The translations under genes and the position numbers were made by a program. A DNA stretch of 64,000 nt from Planctomycetota bacterium (GTDB taxonomy: Bacteria > Planctomycetota > GCA-002687715 > CAIWVZ01), in contig JBGANV010000010.1 in NCBI GenBank assembly GCA_044222185.1, positions 136,554 through 200,553 on the forward strand. The letters run 5' to 3'. Every line of letters starts with the position of its first letter. The stretch's first letter is position 1. Below, piece by piece: positions 1 to 9,572 of the stretch. Below the pieces are notes generated by a model that did no database searches, was not told the origin of the DNA, and was given only the letters and a program-made list of their open reading frames with translations.

Positions 1-948
1 CACCGCAATGGAGGTGCCCGCGAACGATGGAACCGGTGGGATCGGCACCTGGAACGTCGGCGAACCCGTGGCCCAGATCGCCGTCGCGAGCGGCTCTGCG
101 CCACTCGCCCCCAACGTCCCGAGCGACAAAGGGTCGAGCCAATGGCTGCACGGGCTCGTCGCTCCGAGCGGCGCACCGCCCAGGTTCGATCCGATGGACC
201 AGAACAGCAGGGCCTGGGCGTTCAGGGGGACGGTGGCGCCAGTGCTGATGCCGAGGGTCAGGGGCACTCCCAGCAGAGGGCGCCCGCCGGTCGCCGCGAA
301 CGGATCCGTGAACGTGAACAGGAGCGGCTGCCACGGCGTTGCGCCGCCGCACGAGGGGCCGCCCGTTCGAAGCTCCGCCAGTCGTGGTGCGCACGCGGTC
401 CCGTTGAACGAGAACTTGAACCCACCGGTGCCGGGACTCAGTGGGTTGGGCGAGCCTCCCGTGTAGGGAAGCTGGGTGCTTCCCGACTGCTGCGAGAGCA
501 GGACGCTCGCAGCCACGACGGGCCCGAACGTGGCGTTGAGGTTCGTGGAGGTCGGCGCGGCTGAGAGCGCGAGGACGTAGGTCGTGCCCGCGACGATCGA
601 CACGGGAGGCGTGAGGGTCTTCACCTGCCACCCGTAGCCTGAGGAGTAGGGACCGCCCGGCGCGCTCGAGAGGGGCGGCACGACCGGGAATCCCGTCAAC
701 GGGTTGATCGCGTGCACGGCGACAGCGGTGGACGCGTTCCAACCCGTGCTCTCGAACACCGAGATCTGATCGACGGTCGCGGTCACCGGGGCCGTGAACC
801 GAATCCGAAGCGGGCTCGCGACCGGGATCAGAAGCTCCCAATCGAACGTGTCAGCGGAGCTGTTGAAGCCGAAGCACTGAGCTGGCGGTGTTTGCGCGAC
901 TGCGCACGATCCGCAGAGCAGGAGGGCGATGAGCACGCGGCGCGACAT
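1..948 (-). CDS. Secreted hypothetical protein, 3' end outside the window (not in ORF track)
   Basis: ATG at 948-946 with GGAGG upstream. Stop-free frame to position 1. Signal-peptide-like N-terminus MSRRVLIALLLCGSCAVAQ, ending ...FQVPIPPVPSFAGTSIAV at the window edge. Confidence 0.85.
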   Translation of the reverse strand, partial: MSRRVLIALLLCGSCAVAQTPPAQCFGFNSSADTFDWELLIPVASPLRIRFTAPVTATVDQISVFESTGWNASTAVAVHAINPLTGFPVVPPLSSAPGGPYSSGYGWQVKTLTPPVSIVAGTTYVLALSAAPTSTNLNATFGPVVAASVLLSQQSGSTQLPYTGGSPNPLSPGTGGFKFSFNGTACAPRLAELRTGGPSCGGATPWQPLLFTFTDPFAATGGRPLLGVPLTLGISTGATVPLNAQALLFWSIGSNLGGAPLGATSPCSHWLDPLSLGTLGASGAEPLATAIWATGSPTFQVPIPPVPSFAGTSIAV

Positions 949-1188
949 GGACACCTCCGGAACGATGCCGTTGCTGGACATCTCGCCGGGGATCGTACCC
1001 GACCGTTTGGCCGGCCGGATGCTCCGCACGGCCGGGCCGGTCGTTACGCCGTGGCTGGGGGCCGGAGGCGAGGAGCCACCACAGGCGCCGAGACGTCGAC
1101 CCTGCGCCGACGGGCGTCCTGTGACCCGCGCTTGGGAAGCCCGGCTACGATGGCGCGCGGCGCAACCGCGCCAGCGAGACTCCCACGG

Positions 1189-2310
1189 ATGCCGCACCTG
1201 TCACGATCGCTCACGCCATCGACACCTGGACGGAATGCGTCGACGGTGGTTCGTCTCATCGCCACCTGCTGTGTCGCGTCTCTCGTTTCGACGTGTGCGG
1301 CTGACAGCGCGCCTGTCGTGACGTTCGATGGCGTCCCTGACATCGATGCGAGCTGTTGGGTCGTGTTTCAGGACAGGAGCGACCACTACTGGTTCGGCAG
1401 CGACGGGCGCGGCCTCTTCCGTTACGACGGAAAGGCCCTGACGCACTTCACGACCGCAGACGGCCTGTGCAACGACCACGTTCGCGGGATCCAGCAACAC
1501 GCATCGGGTGACTTGTTGATCACCACGTTGGGCGGTGTGAGCAGGTTCGACGGACGGCGGTTCGTGACGCTGCCCGTGGCCGAGATGACGAACCCGACCG
1601 ACGGATGGGCGCTCGATCCCGATGACGTCTGGCTTCCGTTCCAACCGATGCAAAAGGGGCCCTACCGCTACGACGGCAAGACGCTCTACCACCTGCGATT
1701 TCCGAAGAGCCCGCGCGAGGACGCCTACTTTGCGAGTTCGCCCAATCTCTCGTGGAGTCCCTACGAGATCTACTGCGTCTACAAGGACCGGCGGGGGTCC
1801 ATGTGGTTCGGGACGGCGAATCTCGGCATCTGCCGCTACGACGGGAAGTCGCACGACTGGATGTACGAGAACCACCTGACGCAGCTCGCCGGCGACCGCA
1901 TGTTCGGCATCCGCTCCATCATCGAGGATGACGACGGTGCGTTCTGGTTCTGCAACACCCGCTACCGGTTTCGGATCGGCCCACGCACCGCATCACGGCC
2001 TGGTCCCGGATCGATCGAGTACACACGCGAGACGGGCATCGACCTCGGCGGCGTGGCCGGGAGTGACCAGGAGATCTACTTCCAGTCCGTCGTCATCGGT
2101 GAGAACGGTCACCTTTGGATGGCGACGTTCGGTTTCGGCGTCTGGGAGTTCGACGGAAAGAAGCTCACGCACCATCGGATCGAAGAAGACGGCAAGACCG
2201 TGCAGATCGTCTCGATCTCCAAGGACAATCACGGCGAGCTCTGGCTCGGAACGCACGCCCACGGCGCCTACCGGTTCGATGGCGCCACGTTCAGGAAATT
2301 CAGACCTTGA
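1189..2310 (+). CDS. Secreted beta-propeller protein (two-component regulator propeller-like repeats)
   Basis: Repeated QDRSDHYWFGSDGRGLFRYDG / KDRRGSMWFGTANLGICRYDG / KDNHGELWLGTHAHGAYRFDG motifs. Start uncertain; the 712 start in the track overlaps the divergent gene. Confidence 0.8.
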   Translation: MPHLSRSLTPSTPGRNASTVVRLIATCCVASLVSTCAADSAPVVTFDGVPDIDASCWVVFQDRSDHYWFGSDGRGLFRYDGKALTHFTTADGLCNDHVRGIQQHASGDLLITTLGGVSRFDGRRFVTLPVAEMTNPTDGWALDPDDVWLPFQPMQKGPYRYDGKTLYHLRFPKSPREDAYFASSPNLSWSPYEIYCVYKDRRGSMWFGTANLGICRYDGKSHDWMYENHLTQLAGDRMFGIRSIIEDDDGAFWFCNTRYRFRIGPRTASRPGPGSIEYTRETGIDLGGVAGSDQEIYFQSVVIGENGHLWMATFGFGVWEFDGKKLTHHRIEEDGKTVQIVSISKDNHGELWLGTHAHGAYRFDGATFRKFRP

Positions 2311-2787
2311 GCGTGCCGGCATGTTGCGGGGCGTCGTTCGCGGCGCCCTCGAGCGCGTCGGATGCAGAGCGCCAGTGCACGGTGTCGGAGGTCATTCCCG
2401 GTTCGATACGGGGATCGTGACGTCCACCGCATGCACGTCGAACTGGTGCGTGATCGAGCCTCCGAGTTTCCAGATCTCCCGGCGCCGGATGCCGCTCGCA
2501 GCCTGAGCGTGTAACAGGTGCCCGTGATCCGGTCGCTCGATCCGATCGCGAGTCTTCCGCGCCTCGAGGATCTGCAGTTGCTGGGGTTTGACCGGCCCGT
2601 CCGAGCGTCGAAGTCCGGGAATTCCTCCGACGCACCGGGTTGAGGGATGCGCGGCCGCCCGATCCCCAGTTCGATGACGGGGGGAACCCGGGAAGCGCTG
2701 CGGAGCCGAACGTCGTGAGACCGTTCCGCGTCGAGGCAAGTCCGTGGATCGCTCGTGCGGGGCAGGCGCGCGGCGCCCGCCGCGGCG

Positions 2788-3351
2788 TCACATCCCCACG
2801 AACATCCGGTGGATCCGATCGTCGCCCGACAGCTCCGGATGAAACGTCGTCGCGAGGATCCGGCCCGATCTCACGGCGATGGGCGTGGCGTCGTGCCAGG
2901 CGAGGACTTGCACGTCCGGACCGACGCGCGCGAACTTCGGCGCGCGGATGAACACGCAGGGAAAGGGCGGGGCGCCGAGGAGTTCGATGGGAGCCTCGGC
3001 CGTGAACGAATCCACCTGGCGGCCATAGGCGTTGCGCGACAACACGGCGTCAAGCAACGCCAGGCGGTTCGGTCGCGTGCCGTCATCGGCACCAAGCAGG
3101 ATCGCTCCCGCGCAGGTGCCGAAGAGTGCCAGCGATCGCTCGCGCCCCCGGCGCGTGATCTCGCTCGTGAGGGCGAAGAGATCGAGCAAGTGGCGGATGG
3201 TCGTGGACTCGCCGCCGGGGAGGATGAGGTGCGTGAGACCCTGCAGGTCCGCCGGCCGCCGCACTTCGCGCACGGGGACGCCGAGCCGCGCCATCACTTC
3301 GACGTGCGGCTCGAACCCGCCCTGGAGCGCCAGCACTCCCGCGCTCGTCAT
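2788..3351 (-). CDS. pdxT: Pyridoxal 5'-phosphate synthase glutaminase subunit
   Basis: GVLALQG, ILPGGEST, FGTCAG, RNAYGRQ, FIRAP and FHPE motifs. ATG overlaps the pdxS stop (TGATG). Confidence 0.95.
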   Translation of the reverse strand: MTSAGVLALQGGFEPHVEVMARLGVPVREVRRPADLQGLTHLILPGGESTTIRHLLDLFALTSEITRRGRERSLALFGTCAGAILLGADDGTRPNRLALLDAVLSRNAYGRQVDSFTAEAPIELLGAPPFPCVFIRAPKFARVGPDVQVLAWHDATPIAVRSGRILATTFHPELSGDDRIHRMFVGM

Positions 3352-4268
3352 CACCAGCCTCGGGATGCGAGACGCTCGCCTTCCGGGATCGTGTTCATGG
3401 AGATGCCGGTCATGGCGGCGCCGGCTTCGCGACACGCCTCGGCCACGATCGCGGCTTCGCGGTAGCGGGCCGTCGCCTTCACGATCGCCTTGGCGGTGGC
3501 GACGGGGTTCGCGGACTTGAAGATGCCCGAGCCGACGAAGACGGCCTCGGCACCGAGCTGCATCACGAGCGCCGCGTCCGCCGGGGTGGCGACGCCGCCA
3601 GCGGCGAAGTTGGGGACCGGCAGCCGGCCGAGCCGCGCCACCTCGCGCACGAGTTCGAACGGCGCGCGAAGCTCCTTCGCCTGGGCCATCAGCTCCTCGG
3701 GGGGCGCCGACGCGATCCGTCGGATCTCGCGGTTGATGAGGCGCAGGTGGCGAACGGCCTCGACGATGTTGCCCGTGCCGGCCTCGCCCTTGGTGCGGAT
3801 CATGGCGGCGCCTTCGCCAATGCGACGCAGCGCTTCACCGAGGCACGTCGCTCCGCAGACGAACGGCACGCGGAAGCCGCTCTTCTCGATGTGATGCTCT
3901 TCGTCCGCCGGCGTGAGCACTTCACTCTCGTCGATGAAGTCGACGCCGAGGTGTTCGAGCACCTGGGCTTCGGCGAAGTGTCCGATGCGCGCCTTCGCCA
4001 TGACCGGGATGGTGACGATCGCCTTGATCTGTTCGATGCGATCGATGGCCGCCATGCGGGCGACGCCGCCATCGCGGCGGATGTCGGAGGGGACGCGTTC
4101 CAGTGCCATGACGGCCGACGCACCCGCCTCCTCCGCGATCCGCGCCTCTTCCTGCGTCGTCACGTCCATGATGACGCCGCCGCACAGCATGCGGGCGAGG
4201 CCCACCTTCACGTCGTAGGCGGGGACCTTCGCCTCCGCGCCGTTCGTCGAGTTCTTGCTTCCTGTCAT
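3351..4268 (-). CDS. pdxS: Pyridoxal 5'-phosphate synthase lyase subunit
   Basis: [59 protein letters not shown]; ends RGW. Confidence 0.97.
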   Translation of the reverse strand: MTGSKNSTNGAEAKVPAYDVKVGLARMLCGGVIMDVTTQEEARIAEEAGASAVMALERVPSDIRRDGGVARMAAIDRIEQIKAIVTIPVMAKARIGHFAEAQVLEHLGVDFIDESEVLTPADEEHHIEKSGFRVPFVCGATCLGEALRRIGEGAAMIRTKGEAGTGNIVEAVRHLRLINREIRRIASAPPEELMAQAKELRAPFELVREVARLGRLPVPNFAAGGVATPADAALVMQLGAEAVFVGSGIFKSANPVATAKAIVKATARYREAAIVAEACREAGAAMTGISMNTIPEGERLASRGW

Positions 4269-4292
4269 GAGTGAGCTCCAGTCGCGCCGCGG

Positions 4293-5462
4293 TCAGACGG
4301 CGGCCAATGCGGAATCGAGATCGGCGACGAGATCGGCGGGATCCTCCACGCCGATCGAGAGCCGCACGAGTTCGTCCGAGATTCCCATGCGCGCGCGCTC
4401 GGCCGGAGCGACCGACCGGTGCGAGGTCATCACGGGACGTGTGATCAACGTTTCGATGCCTCCCAGGCTCGGACCGACGACGGGGACTCGGAGTCGATCG
4501 AGGAACCGCTCGGCCCCATCCGCGCCGCCCGCCACTTCGAACGCGAGCACGCCGCCGCAGCCCGTGAACAACGATCTCGCGAGCGCCGCGAAGCGATTCG
4601 TTTCCAGGCCCGGGTAGTGGACGGAACGTACCTTCGCGTGTCCCGAGAGGAACGTCGCCACCGTGCGCGCCGCGTCGTTCTGGTGCCGCACGCGAAGGCC
4701 CAGCGTCTTCATCCCGCGATAGAGCAGGAAGCACGCGTGTGGATCCAGGGATCCGCCCAACTGCTCGAGCCGCTTCTTGATTGGCGCGACGACGGCGGCC
4801 TTTCCGATGACGGCGCCCGCGACGAGATCGCTGTGACCGTTCAGGTATTTCGTCGCCGAATGCAGGATGACGTCATACCCGAGAGCCGCCGGACGGAAGT
4901 TCACCGGGCTGAGGAACGTGTTGTCGATCATCGACACCAGTCCGCGATCCCTCGCGAACGCCACGACGGCGCGATGGTCGATCAATCGCAGGGTCGGGTT
5001 CGTGAGTCCCTCGGTGTAGATGACCTTCGTGTTCGGCTTGACGGCGCGGGCCCAGCCGGACGGGTCGTCGGCGTCGATGAAATCGTGGGTGACGCCGGCT
5101 GCGCGGAGCCCGTCACCGAGGAAACCGTAGGTGCCTCCATACACCGCGTCCTGGACGAGGACGTGACTGCCCGCCGGCAGGTGAGTGAGGAGCGCCGTCG
5201 TGATCGCCGCCATGCCGCTCGACGTCACGACGGCGGCTTCCGCGTCCTCCAGGTCCGCGAGCTTGCGTGCGAGCACCTCGTGATTCGGCCCGTTGTTGTA
5301 CCGGGAGTAGCGGAGTTCCTCGCCCGCGCGCCCTCGGTACTCGTACACGGTGGATTGGAAGATCGGTACGGATGCCGCACCGCCAATCCGCGGCTCCGGC
5401 TCGCCGGCATGGATCACGCGCGTGTCGAAGCGAAAGCGAGCGGCTGGGTTCGACGGGTTCAT
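4293..5462 (-). CDS. PLP-dependent trans-sulfuration enzyme (cystathionine gamma-synthase/lyase or Met gamma-lyase family)
   Basis: YSRYNN, SSGMAAI, DNTF, HSATKYLNGHSD (PLP lysine), SLGGIETL, LVRLSIGVE. Start set at MNPSN with GGGAGA upstream. Confidence 0.92.
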   Translation of the reverse strand: MNPSNPAARFRFDTRVIHAGEPEPRIGGAASVPIFQSTVYEYRGRAGEELRYSRYNNGPNHEVLARKLADLEDAEAAVVTSSGMAAITTALLTHLPAGSHVLVQDAVYGGTYGFLGDGLRAAGVTHDFIDADDPSGWARAVKPNTKVIYTEGLTNPTLRLIDHRAVVAFARDRGLVSMIDNTFLSPVNFRPAALGYDVILHSATKYLNGHSDLVAGAVIGKAAVVAPIKKRLEQLGGSLDPHACFLLYRGMKTLGLRVRHQNDAARTVATFLSGHAKVRSVHYPGLETNRFAALARSLFTGCGGVLAFEVAGGADGAERFLDRLRVPVVGPSLGGIETLITRPVMTSHRSVAPAERARMGISDELVRLSIGVEDPADLVADLDSALAAV

Positions 5463-5506
5463 CGCGAGTCTCCCAAAAGTGCGACATCTTGCATCGAGAC
5501 AATCGG

Positions 5507-5535
5507 AGACTATGCTCTGACTTGTCACCTATCAA
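5507..5535 (-). promoter_or_regulatory. Putative sigma70 promoter for the trans-sulfuration-pdxST operon
   Basis: Minus strand TTGATA-N17-TAGTCT in an AT-richer divergent intergenic region. Confidence 0.55.
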
Positions 5536-5548
5536 CCGAGTAATTGTC

Positions 5549-6943
5549 ATGATGACACTCTGGCGACCGGATCTTCGCGGACAACATGGCCCCAAGTACT
5601 CCGCCCTGGCGGACGCCATCGCGCTCGACGTGCAGGCGGGGAGGCTCAAACCGGGCACACGCCTGCCGACGCACAGGGACCTGGCCCGCCGGCTCGGCGT
5701 GACGATCGGCACGGTCAGCCGCGGCTACGCGGAAGCCCACCGGCGCGGGCTCGTCATGGGCGAGGTCGGTCGGGGGACGTTCGTGCGAGCCACGCGGCCC
5801 GAACCCGTCGGCTTCGCCCGATCCCACGACCCCGACCCCAACGTCCTCGAACTGAACTTCAACCTTCCGACCCTCGACATCGTTGTCGACCTCATCAGGG
5901 CCGCCCTCGCACGTCTCGCCGAGTCGCCGGATCTGGTCAACGTGCTCCAATATCAGGCGAATGCCGGATCGTTGCGGCATCGCGAGGTGGCGGCGAGGTG
6001 GCTCTCCAGCCGCGGCGTCTCGTGCACGACGGACGAGGTCGTCGTCACGAGCGGCGCTCAGCACGCCATGCTCACGGTGTTCTCGGTCGTCGCCGAACCC
6101 GGGGACATCGTGCTCGCGGAGAGCGTCACGTTCCCCGGCATGAAGGCCGTCGCGCGCCTCCTCCGCCTGAACATGGAGCCCGTCGCCATGGACGACGAGG
6201 GGATCCGTCCCGACGCGCTCGCCGAGGCGTGTCGAAAGCATCGCCCGAAGGCGCTCTATGCGACTCCCACGTTCCAGAATCCCACGGGCCGCGTGATGTC
6301 CGAAGCGCGTCGTCGCGACATCGCGGAGGTCGCCCGCGCCAACCGCCTTCCGATCGTGGAGGACGACATCTATGGCTTCCTGCACAGCGGCGCGCTGACG
6401 CCGCTCGCGGCGTTGTCCGAGGGCTCGGGGTACTACATCACGAGCTTCTCCAAATCCGTGGCGCCGGGGCTTCGCCTGGGCTATCTCGTCGGCCCACGCG
6501 CGGTCGCGCCTCAGCTTGCTGCGTCCGTGATGACGACGACGCAGGTGTCGTCGCCGGTCGCCGCCGAGGTCATCACCGGCCTGATCGAGGACGATACGCT
6601 CGAGACCCTGTTCCGGCGCCACCGCAAGGAGATCGGCGCACGCCAGGCGATCGCCCGCGCGCTGCTCGGGCACCACGTTCCCAAGGACAGCCACGCGGAG
6701 AGTCCCCACGTCTGGGTGAACCTGCCGGATCCCTGGCGCGTCGAGGAGTTCGTGGCGCAGGCGCGCGCGCGGGGCGTGGCCCTCGCGTCAGGCGAGGTCT
6801 TCGCCGTCGGGCGGGGCGCCGTTCCGCACGGTGTACGCGTGAGCCTGGGCGCCGTTCGTGAACGCGCTCAACTCGAACGGGCGCTTCGCACCGTCGCCGA
6901 CATCCTGTCGGAGCAGCCGCGACCCCTCGTCACCGGAATCTGA
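5549..6943 (+). CDS. MocR/GabR-family regulator (GntR wHTH + PLP aminotransferase-like domain)
   Basis: GTRLPTHRDLARRLGVTIGTVSRGY HTH, then TSGAQHA, PTFQNPTG, VEDDIY, SFSKSVAPGLRLG. Confidence 0.93.
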   Translation: MMTLWRPDLRGQHGPKYSALADAIALDVQAGRLKPGTRLPTHRDLARRLGVTIGTVSRGYAEAHRRGLVMGEVGRGTFVRATRPEPVGFARSHDPDPNVLELNFNLPTLDIVVDLIRAALARLAESPDLVNVLQYQANAGSLRHREVAARWLSSRGVSCTTDEVVVTSGAQHAMLTVFSVVAEPGDIVLAESVTFPGMKAVARLLRLNMEPVAMDDEGIRPDALAEACRKHRPKALYATPTFQNPTGRVMSEARRRDIAEVARANRLPIVEDDIYGFLHSGALTPLAALSEGSGYYITSFSKSVAPGLRLGYLVGPRAVAPQLAASVMTTTQVSSPVAAEVITGLIEDDTLETLFRRHRKEIGARQAIARALLGHHVPKDSHAESPHVWVNLPDPWRVEEFVAQARARGVALASGEVFAVGRGAVPHGVRVSLGAVRERAQLERALRTVADILSEQPRPLVTGI

Positions 6944-7064
6944 CCCGGAGCCACGCCGGCCACCGGGCCTGCATCGTTCCGGCCGCGATCAGTTCCGAAC
7001 GTCCACCGTCATTGCGAAGCTCGGAACGCGTCGCGTAAGCTCCCCTCCGTCGGCTGGGGCGACT

Positions 7065-9572
7065 ATGTCCGCGAAACGGATCGGGATCATCTACGCGCTG
7101 ATTGCGCTCGCGTTCTGCGTCCTCATCGGGAGGCTCTTCTACCTCCAGGTCGTGACGGGCGAGCCGGGCAACGTCGACGAACAACTCGACGAGCCGCACG
7201 CGATCGAGATCCCTGCGGCGCGCGGCGCGATCTACGACCGAGACCGGATCGTGCTTCGAGCGTCCCGCGACACCTTCGACGTCGACGTCTTCGCAGGTAC
7301 GTTCCGCGAGACCAACCTGGTGGATGCGTGCGCCGATCTCATGGCGCTGTTGTCGCCGGGACGGCGCGGCGACGGCCTCACGGCTGCCGAGCGGGCCGAC
7401 CTCGTCGCGAAACTCCGCACGGCGGACCTTCCGACGATCGAAGCCGTCCTCGACCTCGACACGACGTCGATCGCGGGGAAGGACCCCGTGGCCATCCGAC
7501 TCGTGCCGCGGATGGAGCGGCTGGTCGAGCCGGAAGGGTCGCTGATCCGCCCACGCTCGTTCGGGTGGAATCGGGTGGTCAGTGCCGTCGTGATCCTCTC
7601 GAATCCGGACGCTCGCGTTCTCCCGCGCGAGCTGCGCGTCCGCCTCCGCCAGCCTGGCGAACGCATCGGCGCATGCGCGGGCGTGGCCGCCGCGGACGTC
7701 GCCGCCCGCATCCGTGAGGAGGAGCGCGCGCTCGGCCTCGTCGCCGACGAATTGGGATTCGGCGACGCGAGGTCCGTGCGTGTCGCCATCGAGCAACTCT
7801 GCGATCGCCACGCTCGCCGGGTCGACGAGGAGATCGAGCGACGCCTCGACGATGCGATCTGCCTGCAGCACTTCGGCTCGTGGAAGCTCGATCCGTCGGT
7901 CGTCGGTGAAACCGAATACGCGCGCATGGTTCGCGACGCAGCGACGCCGTTTCACGCGGACGAGCGCGCGCTGGATGCGCTCGACGCGGTGTCCGCGATC
8001 CTCGCCGGAGCCGTCCCCGGGCGGAAGCGACACGTGCCCGACACCACGCCTGCGGCTCCGAAGGTCGCCGAATCCTGGGGACTCGTGGACTGCGACTCGC
8101 ACGCCGTGCGCACGGCCGTGTGCCGAACGATCCGCGCCGCCGGGTTCGAGCGCGAGCGTTACCTCGACGAGCGGAAGGAGACGCAGGCACGCAACGACCT
8201 GGCGTCCTATCGAAGCGACACGCTCGGCTGGGGCGCAAGCTTCGCATTGGCCGACGTCATCGACGGAGCCGGCGGATTGCGTCGCATGGGATTCCGTCTG
8301 CGGCCAGGCTTCGGCCGCGACCCGACGCGGTTTGCCAGCGGGGAAAGCCTCGCACTCCTGCTTGGTGGCGTGACGAATCAAGGTTCGCCGCTCGGGACCG
8401 GCGTCGAGTTGCGCATGGACGATGTGCTCAGTGGGGACCCGGGCGAGGCCGAGACGACGGCGGACGGCACCGTCACTCTCAAGCGGCCGGCGCAGCATGG
8501 CAACGACGTGCAGTTGACGCTGTCGTATCCGTTGCAGAAGAAGCTCGAGGGGTTCCTGCACCAGCAGGGTGCCATCGCCGTCGTGGACATCGCGACCGGA
8601 GGCATCCTCGCGGCGACCACGTACCCGTTGCCGGTCGACGGGTGGCAACGTGCGATCGCGGAGTACGACGAGCTGAAGGCGAAGAAGGCAGAGCTGGGGC
8701 TGCCGGTCGATGCCGCGAGCCGATCCGTGCTCGATGCGCTGAACGAGCGAATCCTCGGGACTGCGGCGATCAACCGTGCCTATGGTTCGCCGGGGTACGT
8801 GCCGCCCGGTTCGACGATGAAGGCCGTCACGATCCTGGTCGGACTCGAGCGGGGCGTGATCACGCCCGAGTCGACGGTCGATTGCAAGCCGCGCCGCACG
8901 CTCAACTATGGATGTCACGGGCATGGCATCGTCGACCCGCTGATGGCGCTGGAGGCCTCGTGCAACGAGTTCTGCTACCAGACGGCGACGAAGCTCGGGC
9001 ATGCACCGCTCTTCGAGATGTACGACAAGCTCGGGCTGTTCGATCCCATCCCCGGGCTGATCCCCGCATCCGAGGGACAGCGCCAGCGGGAGCAGTTGCA
9101 TGAGCGGCCCGGAGACGTCCGCGCTCTCGCCATCGGTCAGGGAACGCTGAGTTTCTGGCCGATCCGACTGGCCGGTATCGCGGCGTCGATCGCGTCCGGG
9201 CGCGTCGTGCGCCCGCACCTCGTCGTGCCGAAGGACGGCGAGCCGGCGATCGGCCCTGTGTTCGCTTCGGAGAAGAACCTCGCGCTCATCCGGGCGGGGA
9301 TGAAGCGCGTCGTGACCGGATCGCGGGGAACGGCGTATCCGCACCGCAAGGAGCTCATCCCGCTCCAGGTCTCCGGCAAGACGGGGACGGCCGAGTTCAC
9401 GGACAACACGCCCGTCTACGCGGCGTGGTTCGTGGGATTCGCTCCCGACACCAATCCGCGCTACGCCTTCGCCGTGCTCTTCGATCGCACACCCCAGAGC
9501 GGTTTCGCGGCATCGCCGACCGCGGCGAAGGTGATCGAGGCCTGCTACGAGATCCTGGGAGGGCGGCCGTGA
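7065..9572 (+). CDS. mrdA: Class B penicillin-binding protein (PBP2-like transpeptidase) with long insertion
   Basis: N-terminal TM, IPAARGAIYDRD, PGSTMK (SxxK), SCN (SxN), GKTGTAE (KTG), AWFVGFAP; directly upstream of a SEDS gene. Confidence 0.85.
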   Translation: MSAKRIGIIYALIALAFCVLIGRLFYLQVVTGEPGNVDEQLDEPHAIEIPAARGAIYDRDRIVLRASRDTFDVDVFAGTFRETNLVDACADLMALLSPGRRGDGLTAAERADLVAKLRTADLPTIEAVLDLDTTSIAGKDPVAIRLVPRMERLVEPEGSLIRPRSFGWNRVVSAVVILSNPDARVLPRELRVRLRQPGERIGACAGVAAADVAARIREEERALGLVADELGFGDARSVRVAIEQLCDRHARRVDEEIERRLDDAICLQHFGSWKLDPSVVGETEYARMVRDAATPFHADERALDALDAVSAILAGAVPGRKRHVPDTTPAAPKVAESWGLVDCDSHAVRTAVCRTIRAAGFERERYLDERKETQARNDLASYRSDTLGWGASFALADVIDGAGGLRRMGFRLRPGFGRDPTRFASGESLALLLGGVTNQGSPLGTGVELRMDDVLSGDPGEAETTADGTVTLKRPAQHGNDVQLTLSYPLQKKLEGFLHQQGAIAVVDIATGGILAATTYPLPVDGWQRAIAEYDELKAKKAELGLPVDAASRSVLDALNERILGTAAINRAYGSPGYVPPGSTMKAVTILVGLERGVITPESTVDCKPRRTLNYGCHGHGIVDPLMALEASCNEFCYQTATKLGHAPLFEMYDKLGLFDPIPGLIPASEGQRQREQLHERPGDVRALAIGQGTLSFWPIRLAGIAASIASGRVVRPHLVVPKDGEPAIGPVFASEKNLALIRAGMKRVVTGSRGTAYPHRKELIPLQVSGKTGTAEFTDNTPVYAAWFVGFAPDTNPRYAFAVLFDRTPQSGFAASPTAAKVIEACYEILGGRP

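Noticed and set aside
712-1188. Long N-terminal extensions in the ORF track (also 5267, 6858, 18830, 34513, 40469, 58960)
   Set aside because: They overlap neighbouring genes and lack family similarity. Downstream starts fit RBS and domain boundaries better.
2311-2787. Possible small gene or ncRNA between the propeller gene and pdxT
   Set aside because: Candidate ORFs (e.g. 2392-2739) lack a convincing start or motif, and I recognised no RNA family. Left unannotated.
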